Shown piece by piece: positions 36,305-45,628 of a DNA stretch of 64,000 nucleotides (within the stretch, counting starts at the first letter, position 1; every line of letters begins with the position of its first letter). Under the pieces are notes generated by a model, which was given only the letters and a program-made list of their open reading frames with translations, was not told the origin of the DNA and searched no databases. The stretch lies in the NCBI GenBank assembly GCA_944324865.1, contig CALUXW010000004.1, positions 7,378 to 71,377 of the forward strand, given 5' to 3'. Origin of the DNA: Candidatus Gastranaerophilales bacterium (GTDB lineage: Bacteria; Cyanobacteriota; Vampirovibrionia; Gastranaerophilales; Gastranaerophilaceae). Made by a program: the position numbers and the translations under genes.

Positions 36305-38680
36305 CTACTGTTCTCTTGCAAGTCCAAGTATTCTTATAAATTCATCAATTGTTGTAACACCATTAATTATATGATCCACACAAGACATTTTTAAAGTTTT
36401 CATGCCATGTTTTATGGCATAATCTTCAAGCTCAACATCATGAGCTCTCTGTGCAATCATTTTTTTCATCTCTTTATTAATGAGCATGATTTCAAAAACC
36501 CCAGTACGACCAGAATAACCAGTGTCATTGCAATAAGGGCAACCACAAGCTCTATAAATCGTAGATTCTGTAAGCCTTTTTATATCCTGTGGGTCGGTCA
36601 AAATCTTTCTAGCTTCTTCTACGGTTGGTTTGTACGCTTCCTTACATTCGGGACAAAGTTTTTTAACAAGCCTTTGGGCTATAACACCTGTAACTGTGGA
36701 GGAAATTAAGTAATCCTTTGCACCCATTTCGATCAACCTTGTAATTGTAGCAGCAGCGGAATTTGTGTGTATAGTACTTAACACAAGGTGACCTGTAAGA
36801 GATGCCGAAATTGCAACTTCAAGAGTTTCAAAGTCACGAATTTCACCAACGAGAATAATATCTGGGTCTTGTCTTAAAATAGCTCTTAAACAATTTGCAA
36901 ATGTAATTCCTGCCTTAGGATTAACTGCAGATTGATTTACCCCATCCATTTTAATCTCAATTGGGTCTTCAATTGTAGTTATATTAACATCTTCAGAATT
37001 TAGAGTTCTTATAAGAGAATACAATGTAGTTGTTTTACCTGAACCCGTAGGACCTGAAGTAAGAACAATTCCATTTGGCAGAGAAATTAAATATTCGATT
37101 TTTTTCTTATCCTCAGGAGAGATGCCATCAATTGAAATAACCTTATCATTACTCATATCGGTAATGGCAGGAGCTAAAACCCTGATAACCATCTTTTCTT
37201 TATTTCCGACAGGAAGTGTATTTACACGGAAATCATGCTGCATTTTTTTATATTTAATAGAGAAATTACCATCCTGTGCACGCCTATGCTCTGCAATATT
37301 CATTCTCGCAAGTACTTTAAAACGAGAAACAACAGCAGAGTCAACCTTTGCAGGAATTTTTAACACTTCTCTTAACGTACCATCGACACGAAAACGTACA
37401 ATGTACCCAACAAGTCTTGGTTCGATATGAATATCTGAAGCCTTTTGGTCAATTGCCAAAGTTACTATTTTATTTGCAAATTTTGCAACCGTACCAGAAG
37501 TATCACGAATCTCGCTTTCAACCTGATCCCAAAGAGAATCTGAATTATCAGCCTCAACACGCTCATTTTCTATTTCTTTGAGCATTTTATTTGCTGCTTC
37601 ACGCTCATTCTCATAGTAGGTTTGAAGGAAAGCCTCGTACTCATAATGAGTAACCATTATTACTGTAGGTTTTAGCCCTGTTTGATAAACAATTTCATTA
37701 ATTGTTTTAGAATTACCAGGATCAACCATACCAACAACAAGCGATTTATCCGTCATGCTAAGTGGTATTACTTTATTCTCCCTTACGAAATCTTCCGGAA
37801 GAATAGAAATTGCTGTAGGTAATGCCTTTAGTTGCTCAGCAGTAGCCAGTTGAACACCCATTTGTGCACCCAGAGCTTCTTTTAATTCCTTAATTGTAAT
37901 AAAGCCCATTTTAACCAAAACTGAACCCAAGGGAATTCCCAACACTTTTGCCTCAGCGAGAGCCATCGTTAGTTGTTTTTCGTTAATTAAACCTTCTTCG
38001 ATTAAAATCTCCCCGATTTTTTTTGTTGAAGGAGCTTCTACAGAATTAATATCGCCTCTTGAGATGCTTTTTTTATCATTCTTTGTAGGTTGATTTTCAT
38101 TCGGTGCAACATTCTGGTTTTCTATATCATTGTCTTGAATATCATTGACTTGAGGTTTAGATTCATCTATTTGTTGGTTTGACTTTGTAACATTAATTTG
38201 CTCATCTTCTTCATCAGAAAAATCCAATACATCATCGTCATCACTTAAATCAAGTTCTTCTTCATCATCAAGATCCAGAGTGTTATCTTCATCGCTGCTA
38301 TCATCATTTTCAAGTTTTAAACTTGTACTATTTACTTTATCATTATTATCCCCAAAAGCAACATCACCAAACGGATTATCAGCAGTATCATTAGATAAAA
38401 CTGTACCAAATGTACTTGAAAATTTCTTTAAAAAACCTTCAAATAAAGTGTCAAAGTTTTGCTTTGAAAGAAAAATAAACTCAACTTTTCTGTCCACAAT
38501 TGGTTTAATATACTCAATAATCTTTTCTTTATTAGCATCAGGAGATACAGCAACAAAGAAAGAATCACCTTGTACATTTATCGGTACAAAAGAGTACTCC
38601 TTTGCCACTGCTAATTCAAAATTATTAGCATATTCAAAGTTTATTTTTTTAATTAGTTTATCTAATAAATCGTTTGTCAT
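36305..38680 (-). CDS. pilB: type IV pilus assembly ATPase (GspE/PilB family) with an extended N-terminus
   Basis: Walker A GPTGSGKTTT, Asp box, Walker B ILVGEIRD, His box, and a tetra-Cys motif (CPECKE...CGCPYCNDTGYSGR). The N-terminal region holds a T2SSE_N-like domain, an acidic linker and an MshEN-type tandem motif. Confidence 0.9.
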   Translation of the reverse strand: MTNDLLDKLIKKINFEYANNFELAVAKEYSFVPINVQGDSFFVAVSPDANKEKIIEYIKPIVDRKVEFIFLSKQNFDTLFEGFLKKFSSTFGTVLSNDTADNPFGDVAFGDNNDKVNSTSLKLENDDSSDEDNTLDLDDEEELDLSDDDDVLDFSDEEDEQINVTKSNQQIDESKPQVNDIQDNDIENQNVAPNENQPTKNDKKSISRGDINSVEAPSTKKIGEILIEEGLINEKQLTMALAEAKVLGIPLGSVLVKMGFITIKELKEALGAQMGVQLATAEQLKALPTAISILPEDFVRENKVIPLSMTDKSLVVGMVDPGNSKTINEIVYQTGLKPTVIMVTHYEYEAFLQTYYENEREAANKMLKEIENERVEADNSDSLWDQVESEIRDTSGTVAKFANKIVTLAIDQKASDIHIEPRLVGYIVRFRVDGTLREVLKIPAKVDSAVVSRFKVLARMNIAEHRRAQDGNFSIKYKKMQHDFRVNTLPVGNKEKMVIRVLAPAITDMSNDKVISIDGISPEDKKKIEYLISLPNGIVLTSGPTGSGKTTTLYSLIRTLNSEDVNITTIEDPIEIKMDGVNQSAVNPKAGITFANCLRAILRQDPDIILVGEIRDFETLEVAISASLTGHLVLSTIHTNSAAATITRLIEMGAKDYLISSTVTGVIAQRLVKKLCPECKEAYKPTVEEARKILTDPQDIKRLTESTIYRACGCPYCNDTGYSGRTGVFEIMLINKEMKKMIAQRAHDVELEDYAIKHGMKTLKMSCVDHIINGVTTIDEFIRILGLAREQ

Positions 38681-38689
38681 TTTTGATAA

Positions 38690-40666
38690 TTACAAGTCTA
38701 TAGGTTTGATATTAGCTATATCATCAGATGAATAAACAATATGAGGTGTTATCATAATAACAAGCTCTTCTTTTGTTTTTTGATTAGAAGATGTTCTAAA
38801 GAAAACACCAACTAAAGGCAAATCACCTAGTATAGGAATTTTAGTAACTTGTTGTGTTTCATTTTCTTTTATTAAACCTGCAAGAATTAATGTTTCACCA
38901 TCTTTAATTCTGATATTATTTAAAGATAAATCACGTCTTTGTAACAAAGTAGCCTGCAATTCATCTACACCACTCTGGCCAGGAGCGTATATTCTTTCTT
39001 TTATTGTTGCGAATTCAGGTTTAATATTCATTGAAACATAACCATCTGGACTGATGAAAGGTAACAATTCTATCTTTAAACCCTCGTCGTCGCCAACTTC
39101 ATATGTTCTTGAAATACCAGCATTATCAATAGTAGTAAGCATTTCTGATTTAACGGTTTTAACATAATCTGCAGTCATATCAATAACAGATTTTTGACCA
39201 TTTGTAACCATTATTTTTGGGTTAGTCAAAACTCTGCCTTTGCCATTTTGAACCAAATACTTCAACCTATACACCAAGGTAGAATCACCCTTGTACTTGT
39301 CGACAGTATATCTTGTTGTGGTGGTTGTGCCATCATCGCCTGTTGTACTTGAACTAGTTTGATAACTTCTACCCATAAAGAAAGTTGGGTGATTTGCATC
39401 AGTTGCAAGACCATTTGAAGTATCAAAACTTAAGCTTATAAACGGAGTCCATAAGCTCCACTCATTTGCAAATTCCTTAGAACCTGACTCATTTAATTCA
39501 ACAACAGACATTTCAACATATGCCATAGGTTGCTTTTTATCATTTTGTTCAATAAATTCTTTTATCATTTTGACCTGTTCATAAGAACCGCCATTAACAT
39601 TAATTGTGCCAAGCTCGGGGAAATAAACAATTGCTAAAGGTGCAGAACTGAACATTCTAATAGCATTTTCTTGATTAGTGGTTGAAGCAGGACCTTGTAC
39701 AGAGTCACCTTTAACAACATCTTCAGTTGCACGACAAGCAACAATACCACTTCCGAGTTTCACTTTTTTAACTTCATCATCATCTTCAGTATCGTCATCG
39801 TCGTCATCATCTGCTAAATCGTCTTCTTCTTCTGTTGAAACTTTTTTATTAACTTCTATAAAAGTACTACATATCAACATAGCCATTTCTTTTGGTGTGG
39901 TATGATTAACTTTAAATGTATTAATCATAGGTTTTCTATCTAATTTTTGTGCAATCTTTTTTGCAACTTCATAATCATTTTGTGTACCAAAAAGCAAGAT
40001 TTCATTAGTTGCAGGATTTGATGTAACAATTTTATCATTTGTTAACCCTGTAATATTAGAACCAAATATATTATTGTTAAGAAAATCTGCAATATTTTGC
40101 GCTCTTTCATACTTAATCGGGATAATATTTAAATTTTGTTTAGAAAAACTCAAACTTGAACCTTGAGAACTTGATGCAACAATAATATTTTTTCCATCAA
40201 GAACATATGTAAGTTCGGCAGAACGTAAAACCAGTAAAAACGCATCATTTAATGTTACATTTACCAAATCAAGAGTAACTTTTCCATTTACAGAATTATG
40301 AAAAATAACATTTAAACCTGCTTTTTGAGCAAACATTCTTAAAACTTGTTTTACGTCTGAATCTCTCAATGAAAGATTAATTTTTGTTTTTGAATTTGTA
40401 ATTCTTACATTATCATTGAGATTTATTGTATCTGTAATATGATTATCCTTAACGTAATTATTTATATTAAGTATGTTCGACTCACTGTCAGAAGTATCAT
40501 AATAATTAGCAGGTATATCAAAATTTGAATACGCAATTTTTTCCGTAGCAAAATTTTCAGTTGCAAATTTCATTTCAAAACCTGCCCAAGATGTTTGAAC
40601 AAAGGAAAGCAACATTAATACTACCGTGAATTTCTGAACCAAACTTTTTGTTTTTTGCGTAAACAT
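38690..40666 (-). CDS. pilQ: type IV pilus secretin
   Basis: Signal peptide, N0-like domain (DVKQVLRMFAQKAGLNVIF) and a C-terminal secretin core (GETLILAGLI...IPILGDLPLVGVFFR...ELVIMITPHIV). Confidence 0.85.
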   Translation of the reverse strand: MFTQKTKSLVQKFTVVLMLLSFVQTSWAGFEMKFATENFATEKIAYSNFDIPANYYDTSDSESNILNINNYVKDNHITDTINLNDNVRITNSKTKINLSLRDSDVKQVLRMFAQKAGLNVIFHNSVNGKVTLDLVNVTLNDAFLLVLRSAELTYVLDGKNIIVASSSQGSSLSFSKQNLNIIPIKYERAQNIADFLNNNIFGSNITGLTNDKIVTSNPATNEILLFGTQNDYEVAKKIAQKLDRKPMINTFKVNHTTPKEMAMLICSTFIEVNKKVSTEEEDDLADDDDDDDTEDDDEVKKVKLGSGIVACRATEDVVKGDSVQGPASTTNQENAIRMFSSAPLAIVYFPELGTINVNGGSYEQVKMIKEFIEQNDKKQPMAYVEMSVVELNESGSKEFANEWSLWTPFISLSFDTSNGLATDANHPTFFMGRSYQTSSSTTGDDGTTTTTRYTVDKYKGDSTLVYRLKYLVQNGKGRVLTNPKIMVTNGQKSVIDMTADYVKTVKSEMLTTIDNAGISRTYEVGDDEGLKIELLPFISPDGYVSMNIKPEFATIKERIYAPGQSGVDELQATLLQRRDLSLNNIRIKDGETLILAGLIKENETQQVTKIPILGDLPLVGVFFRTSSNQKTKEELVIMITPHIVYSSDDIANIKPIDL

Positions 40667-40698
40667 TATATTTTTTACTCCTAGATTATTTTTAATAC

Positions 40699-41892
40699 TT
40701 AATCTCCAATGGGATGAATTTCAACATCAGAGGCAGATGTATAATCATCCGATACAGTTTTATACTTTCTTGTGCCACCGGCACCGTAAACTGCAGCACC
40801 ACTTATTTCTGTGTTTTGACTAAATCTTTCACCAACACCCGCCTTGTAAATATTTGTGCCTTTTTTAACAATAACAAATTGTCTGTTAATATCCATTACA
40901 AGATAATCGTCAACCAAGTCGCCCTTTTGGACAAAGTAATCTATTCCATTTATTGTAATAATTGCAGAAGGTTTAACATTATCAAACAAAATACCTGACA
41001 CTGCAATTTTTAAAAGATCTTGCGCATCCGGCTCATTGCCATATTTATCAGGCGGCATGAGTATTTGAGAAGGTATACCAGCATAATAATTATTATTAAA
41101 ATCATCAAATGTAGGTAAGAAAGGATTAACTCTACCTGAACTTTCAACAGAAACAACAACTTTTTTGTCCGCTTTTAGTTTTTTTGCAGCATCATCGTCA
41201 ACTACCGGTATTTGATCTTCTTTTTCAGATTCAGCCTTTTGTTGAATCTCTGTTTGAACAGTATTTTGATTTTCTTGTCCAATGTTTTGTTCTTGCAATA
41301 CATTAACATTTGCTTTTTTAGGTCCCAAGAAAATAAAAAACAAAGAACCCAAAACTAAAACTGCCGCAAAAACAGCGCCTGCAATAACAGGTATATTTAT
41401 ACGTTTCTCGTCTTGTTTTATTCCAATATTAAATTCTTCTTGTTCTTCTTCATCTTCTTCAAGACCTTCGACCGACTCCATGTTATCTAATTCATTGAGA
41501 ATACTTTGGCTTTCATCATCCATAACATTATCAGCATCGGTAAGTTCTTCTTTTTCATCCTTACCACCAAAAACCTCGAATGCATCTTTTTTTGCCGGTA
41601 ACTCGTTTTCCTCGTCATCAGTATCATCAAGAATTTCAATAGCTTGTTCGTCTTCTTGTTTATTAATAACTTTCTTAGAGTCTTTTTTTATACTTTGGAC
41701 TTTTGTTTTGGTTTCTTTAGTTTCACTATTTTTATTAGGAGAAATTGAAACAATATCAGTATCCACGGAACTGTCTTTCAAAAGTTCATCCCAACTTATT
41801 GACTCATCGTCAACATCATCTTCTAAATCCAAATCGATATCATCCAGATTTTCTAAATTATCAAAATTTTCCTTTTCGTCCTCAAAAAACAT
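40699..41892 (-). CDS. bitopic pilus-assembly protein: acidic cytoplasmic N-terminus, one TM, PilP/GspC-HR-like periplasmic domain
   Basis: TM segment INIPVIAGAVFAAVLVLGSLFFIFLG. The C-terminal LLKIAVSGILFDNVKPSAIITINGIDYFVQKGDLVDDYLVMDINRQFVIVKKG fits the PilP/GspC pattern. First gene of the pilus operon. Confidence 0.5.
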   Translation of the reverse strand: MFFEDEKENFDNLENLDDIDLDLEDDVDDESISWDELLKDSSVDTDIVSISPNKNSETKETKTKVQSIKKDSKKVINKQEDEQAIEILDDTDDEENELPAKKDAFEVFGGKDEKEELTDADNVMDDESQSILNELDNMESVEGLEEDEEEQEEFNIGIKQDEKRINIPVIAGAVFAAVLVLGSLFFIFLGPKKANVNVLQEQNIGQENQNTVQTEIQQKAESEKEDQIPVVDDDAAKKLKADKKVVVSVESSGRVNPFLPTFDDFNNNYYAGIPSQILMPPDKYGNEPDAQDLLKIAVSGILFDNVKPSAIITINGIDYFVQKGDLVDDYLVMDINRQFVIVKKGTNIYKAGVGERFSQNTEISGAAVYGAGGTRKYKTVSDDYTSASDVEIHPIGD

Positions 41893-41960
41893 TGTTTTCT
41901 CGATACTATCCGTTGGTTATTCTACTAATTCACTATTTAAATATATACCTATTATTTATT

Positions 41961-41989
41961 ATCATATATTCAACTTGTCTTGTCGTCAA
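41961..41989 (-). promoter_or_regulatory. candidate sigma-70 promoter of the pilus operon (TTGACG-N17-TATGAT)
   Basis: Minus strand: TTGACG (41989-41984), 17-nt spacer, TATGAT (41966-41961). About 70 nt upstream of ATG 41892. Confidence 0.4.
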
Positions 41990-42023
41990 ATTTTGTAAAA
42001 AATCATACAAAAAAACTATTTTT

Positions 42024-43304
42024 TTAAAAATAATTTTCAGTATACACCATCTCAACTCCTTCAACAATTACTGTGTCATCATTGTTAATGCCCATCTCTC
42101 TCAATTTCGTCCAAACACCCATTGAATCCATAATATTAGAGAGTCTTCTTATTTGTTGAACGTTTTTAATATCAGTCACAGCAACCAGTCTTTTTAATTT
42201 TCCTCCCGAAATATTATATGTATTTTTATTAAGTTTTGTAATAAAATATTCAGAATCATCATTATTGTCAAACTCACTATCATGCTCAACTTCAACAATT
42301 ATTTGATGACGTTCAAGTTCATTAACTAGTTTATAAATATGACTTAAAAGTTCATTTATCCCTTGTTTTGTTGCTGCAGAAATAACAAAAATATCGCTGT
42401 TATATTTTTTAAATTCATTTTTAAGGCTTTCAAGTTTATCAGCCTCTGTAATATCAGATTTATTTAAAACTATCACTTGATGCCTTTTTAATAGCTCTAA
42501 ATCATATTTTTTAAGCTCCTCGTTTATTTTTAAATAATTATTTACAGGATTTTCCAGGCTTGAATCAACCAAATGTAAAAAAAATCTGCAACGTTGAATA
42601 TGTCTTAAGAACTCATATCCTAAGCCAATTCCATCAGATGCACCCTCGATAAGACCAGGAATATCCGCAACAACAAAACCGTCACCATCAGGCTTTTTAA
42701 CTACACCTAAATTTGGTGTTAAAGTTGTAAAGGGATAATCAGCAATTTTTGGTCTGGCAGAACTTATAATACTAATAAGACTTGATTTTCCCGCATTTGG
42801 CATCCCAAGCAATCCAACATCGGCAATTAATTTAAGTTCTAATTCAAGTTCGCGCTCAACGGCAGCCTCACCAGGCTCACAAAACTGAGGACTTCTCTTT
42901 TGTGCAGTTGCAAACCTGGCATTACCACGACCTCCCCGACCACCTTTTGCCACAAGTACAATTTTGTTATTTTCATCTAAATCTGCAATTATTTTTCCAT
43001 TTTTTAAATCTCTTATAACAACACCAACAGGAACCCTTAAGTATACGTCCTTTCCACCTTGCCCATGGCAATTTTTATTTTTTCCATTTTCTCCATCTTG
43101 TGCACGAAAAATTGATTTATAAGAAAAATCCAAAAGTGTTGACATATTTTCATCGGCAATAAAATAAACACTCCCGCCACATCCGCCATCACCGCCTGCA
43201 GGACCACCTTTATCGACAAATTTTTCTCTGCGCCATGCTACACAACCATTTCCGCCACGACCAGAAATAACCCTTACCTTAGCCTTGTCTATAAATGCTG
43301 CCAT
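42024..43304 (-). CDS. obg: GTPase Obg
   Basis: Glycine-rich Obg fold (GGNGCVAWRREKF, GGPAGGDGG), G1 GMPNAGKSS, G3 DIPGLIEGA, and a C-terminal OCT domain. Confidence 0.95.
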   Translation of the reverse strand: MAAFIDKAKVRVISGRGGNGCVAWRREKFVDKGGPAGGDGGCGGSVYFIADENMSTLLDFSYKSIFRAQDGENGKNKNCHGQGGKDVYLRVPVGVVIRDLKNGKIIADLDENNKIVLVAKGGRGGRGNARFATAQKRSPQFCEPGEAAVERELELELKLIADVGLLGMPNAGKSSLISIISSARPKIADYPFTTLTPNLGVVKKPDGDGFVVADIPGLIEGASDGIGLGYEFLRHIQRCRFFLHLVDSSLENPVNNYLKINEELKKYDLELLKRHQVIVLNKSDITEADKLESLKNEFKKYNSDIFVISAATKQGINELLSHIYKLVNELERHQIIVEVEHDSEFDNNDDSEYFITKLNKNTYNISGGKLKRLVAVTDIKNVQQIRRLSNIMDSMGVWTKLREMGINNDDTVIVEGVEMVYTENYF

Positions 43305-43864
43305 TAGCCCGCTTCCTTTTTGTTAGGCGAATTGTATAACATTTGATTAATCTGCATTCCAAGCGAAGATAAATTATTGCTTTTACCTGTTTGCAGACGC
43401 TTAAAAGCCAAGTCTTCTACCATATTTAGCATGTTTAAAAGTGCATGAGAATCGATTCTTTTATTTTCATAATCATCCATCACCTCTAGTAAAAAGGGGT
43501 AAGCATCCCAGGCTTCATAAGCATTAATTACAGATATACTCCTTGCAAAATCTTTATCTTCAATATATTCCAATTTTAGCATTAAATAATATTTTGCATA
43601 GCATGCCATTTGAGCAAGAATCTTTTGTTCGCTTTGTATTTCAAGCATATGAGAAAAATACTTGCAAAATTGGGCATAAAGTGAATTTTCAACAGGTGTA
43701 ACTCCATCATTTTGTATAGTCAAAAAATGAAACAAAAAATCAAAAAATAAGTCATCATCAGAGTTAAAAGACTTTTTAATATTGTAAAAAAACGATAATC
43801 CATCATCACTCAAAGCAAGTTCTAAAAATTTTATAATCGATTGTATTGTCTCACTTTTTTTCAT
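43304..43864 (-). CDS. hypothetical helical protein (186 aa)
   Basis: ORF with SD aggaa, joined to obg by TAATG. The segment AYPFLLEVMDDYENKRIDSHALLNMLNMVEDLAFKRL resembles the helical region that follows DUF262 domains. This is a weak, memory-based resemblance. Confidence 0.5.
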   Translation of the reverse strand: MKKSETIQSIIKFLELALSDDGLSFFYNIKKSFNSDDDLFFDFLFHFLTIQNDGVTPVENSLYAQFCKYFSHMLEIQSEQKILAQMACYAKYYLMLKLEYIEDKDFARSISVINAYEAWDAYPFLLEVMDDYENKRIDSHALLNMLNMVEDLAFKRLQTGKSNNLSSLGMQINQMLYNSPNKKEAG

Positions 43865-43962
43865 AATATTCCTGAAAAATTAATACCACATAAATATTTT
43901 AGCGCACAGGAAAAAAATATCAAAAATGTAACAATTTAAAAAGGCTCATATTTTTTGAGCCT

Positions 43963-44814
43963 TTATTTTGACATTTCAATCCTTTTCTTTTCTTTAATCA
44001 ATTCATCATATACCCACGATGGCACAAAATTTTTACCCATTAAAATCGCACCATGATTAACCGAAGGAGCATGAAAATCAGAACCGCCCGTTATTATTAA
44101 ACCGTATTTTTCAGCCAATGTTGAAAAATACTCAACAACAGCAGGCGAATGTTTTCTGTGGTATGCTTCTATTCCCCGCAAACCATAACTTACCAGCTCT
44201 TTTGTTAATTTTTCGGAAATATCAACATCTATAGGATGAGCAAAAACAGATATTCCTCCTGAGTCGTTTATTATTTCTACAGCATCATGAGGACTTACTG
44301 TTTTCCTTTGAACATAAACAGGTGAAGAGTCGTTAATATATTTCGCATATGCCTCCATAACATTGGAAACACCACCTGCACTGACAATTGCGCGGGCAAT
44401 GTGCGGCCTTCCTATACTACCTCCTTGAGCAACAAGAGATTTAATATCTTCATATTTTACTCTGATGCCGGCCTTTTTATTAAGTAACTCAACGATTTTT
44501 GTAGTCTGGTTAACACGAGCCTGTTGCTGACATTTTAAAAGTTCACAAAAATCATGATTATTTTCATCCATAAAATAACCCAAAATATGAACTTCATAAC
44601 CTTTGTAAATAGTATTAATCTCAACTCCGGGTATAATTTCAAGAGCAAGCCCCTTATTTTTGACATAATCAGTTGCAATTTTATACGACAAAATATTGTC
44701 ATGATCAGTCAAAGCTATCACGTCAAGATTACATTCAAGCGCCGTATCAACCACCTGCTCAGGAGAATATGCGCCATCAGAGTAGGTGGTATGTATGTGC
44801 AAGTCTATTTTCAC
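43963..44814 (-). CDS. PHP-domain metal-dependent phosphoesterase (TrpH/YciV-like)
   Basis: KIDLHIHTTYSDG, ALTDHD, VFAHP and GGSDFH motifs. GTG start with ggaagg SD. Confidence 0.85.
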   Translation of the reverse strand: MKIDLHIHTTYSDGAYSPEQVVDTALECNLDVIALTDHDNILSYKIATDYVKNKGLALEIIPGVEINTIYKGYEVHILGYFMDENNHDFCELLKCQQQARVNQTTKIVELLNKKAGIRVKYEDIKSLVAQGGSIGRPHIARAIVSAGGVSNVMEAYAKYINDSSPVYVQRKTVSPHDAVEIINDSGGISVFAHPIDVDISEKLTKELVSYGLRGIEAYHRKHSPAVVEYFSTLAEKYGLIITGGSDFHAPSVNHGAILMGKNFVPSWVYDELIKEKKRIEMSK

Positions 44815-44827
44815 TTTTACCTTCCCA

Positions 44828-45625
44828 TCATTTATTTACCTCACTAATAAAATTAATTCGTTTAATTTTTTTTGCAACTCCTGTTTTGAGATTGAAAAAT
44901 ATTTCACAGGCGTTTATTTGGGAAAAATCCGACTCATCTACATCAAAACGTGCAGGAATAGATGTTGTAAGACGTTTTAGCGAACTTTGATAATCCATAC
45001 CAATCACACCATGGGATGAGCCGCAAAAACCAACATCAGTAAGGTAAGCACAACTTGAATTGATAATTTTTTCATCAGATGTTTGAACATGAGTATGAGT
45101 TCCAATAACTGCTTTTATACCAAGACTTTGTGCAAATTTTGCAAAACAAATTTTTTCAGCAGTTGCTTCAGCATGAAAATCTAAAAATGAAATTTTATTA
45201 TCAAAATCACACTCACATTTTAACTTACATGTAAGTTCCTCCAATGCTTTAAAAGGACAGTCAATAGGCGGCATAAATGTTCTGCCAAGCATATTTATAA
45301 CTATTATTTTATCGAATATTCTATAACCATGCCCTTGTGCATCCGGATAATTATATGGACGAACAATTGCTTCTGATTCATCTATATATGCAAATATGTC
45401 CTTTTTATCCCAAATATGGTTTCCGGAGGTAAGACAATTTATTCCCATTTGCAATAACTCATCATGATTTTTTTTAGTCAAACCAAAACCATGAGAAGCA
45501 TTTTCAGCATTCGCAATTACAAAATCATACCTTGATTTTACTTCACTTAAAAAATCGTTGACTATATTCCGCCCCGGGCGACCAACTATATCACCAAGAA
45601 AGAGTAATTTAAAATCTTTAGACAT
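44828..45625 (-). CDS. ymdB: YmdB-family metallophosphoesterase (2',3'-cyclic-nucleotide 2'-phosphodiesterase)
   Basis: LLFLGDIVGRPGR, ANAENASHGFG, SGNHIWD and GTHTHV motifs. Immediately downstream of rny, as in Bacillus. Confidence 0.85.
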   Translation of the reverse strand: MSKDFKLLFLGDIVGRPGRNIVNDFLSEVKSRYDFVIANAENASHGFGLTKKNHDELLQMGINCLTSGNHIWDKKDIFAYIDESEAIVRPYNYPDAQGHGYRIFDKIIVINMLGRTFMPPIDCPFKALEELTCKLKCECDFDNKISFLDFHAEATAEKICFAKFAQSLGIKAVIGTHTHVQTSDEKIINSSCAYLTDVGFCGSSHGVIGMDYQSSLKRLTTSIPARFDVDESDFSQINACEIFFNLKTGVAKKIKRINFISEVNK

Positions 45626-45628
45626 TTC

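Noticed and set aside
41282-41998. 238-aa Ser-rich ORF on the plus strand, plus the similar S-rich ORFs at 39678-39905 and 38280-38735.
   Set aside because: These are the reverse-complement reading of the GAT/GAA-rich acidic tracts of the PilP-like, PilQ and PilB genes (TCn/AGC codons), so they are an artefact of low-complexity coding on the other strand.
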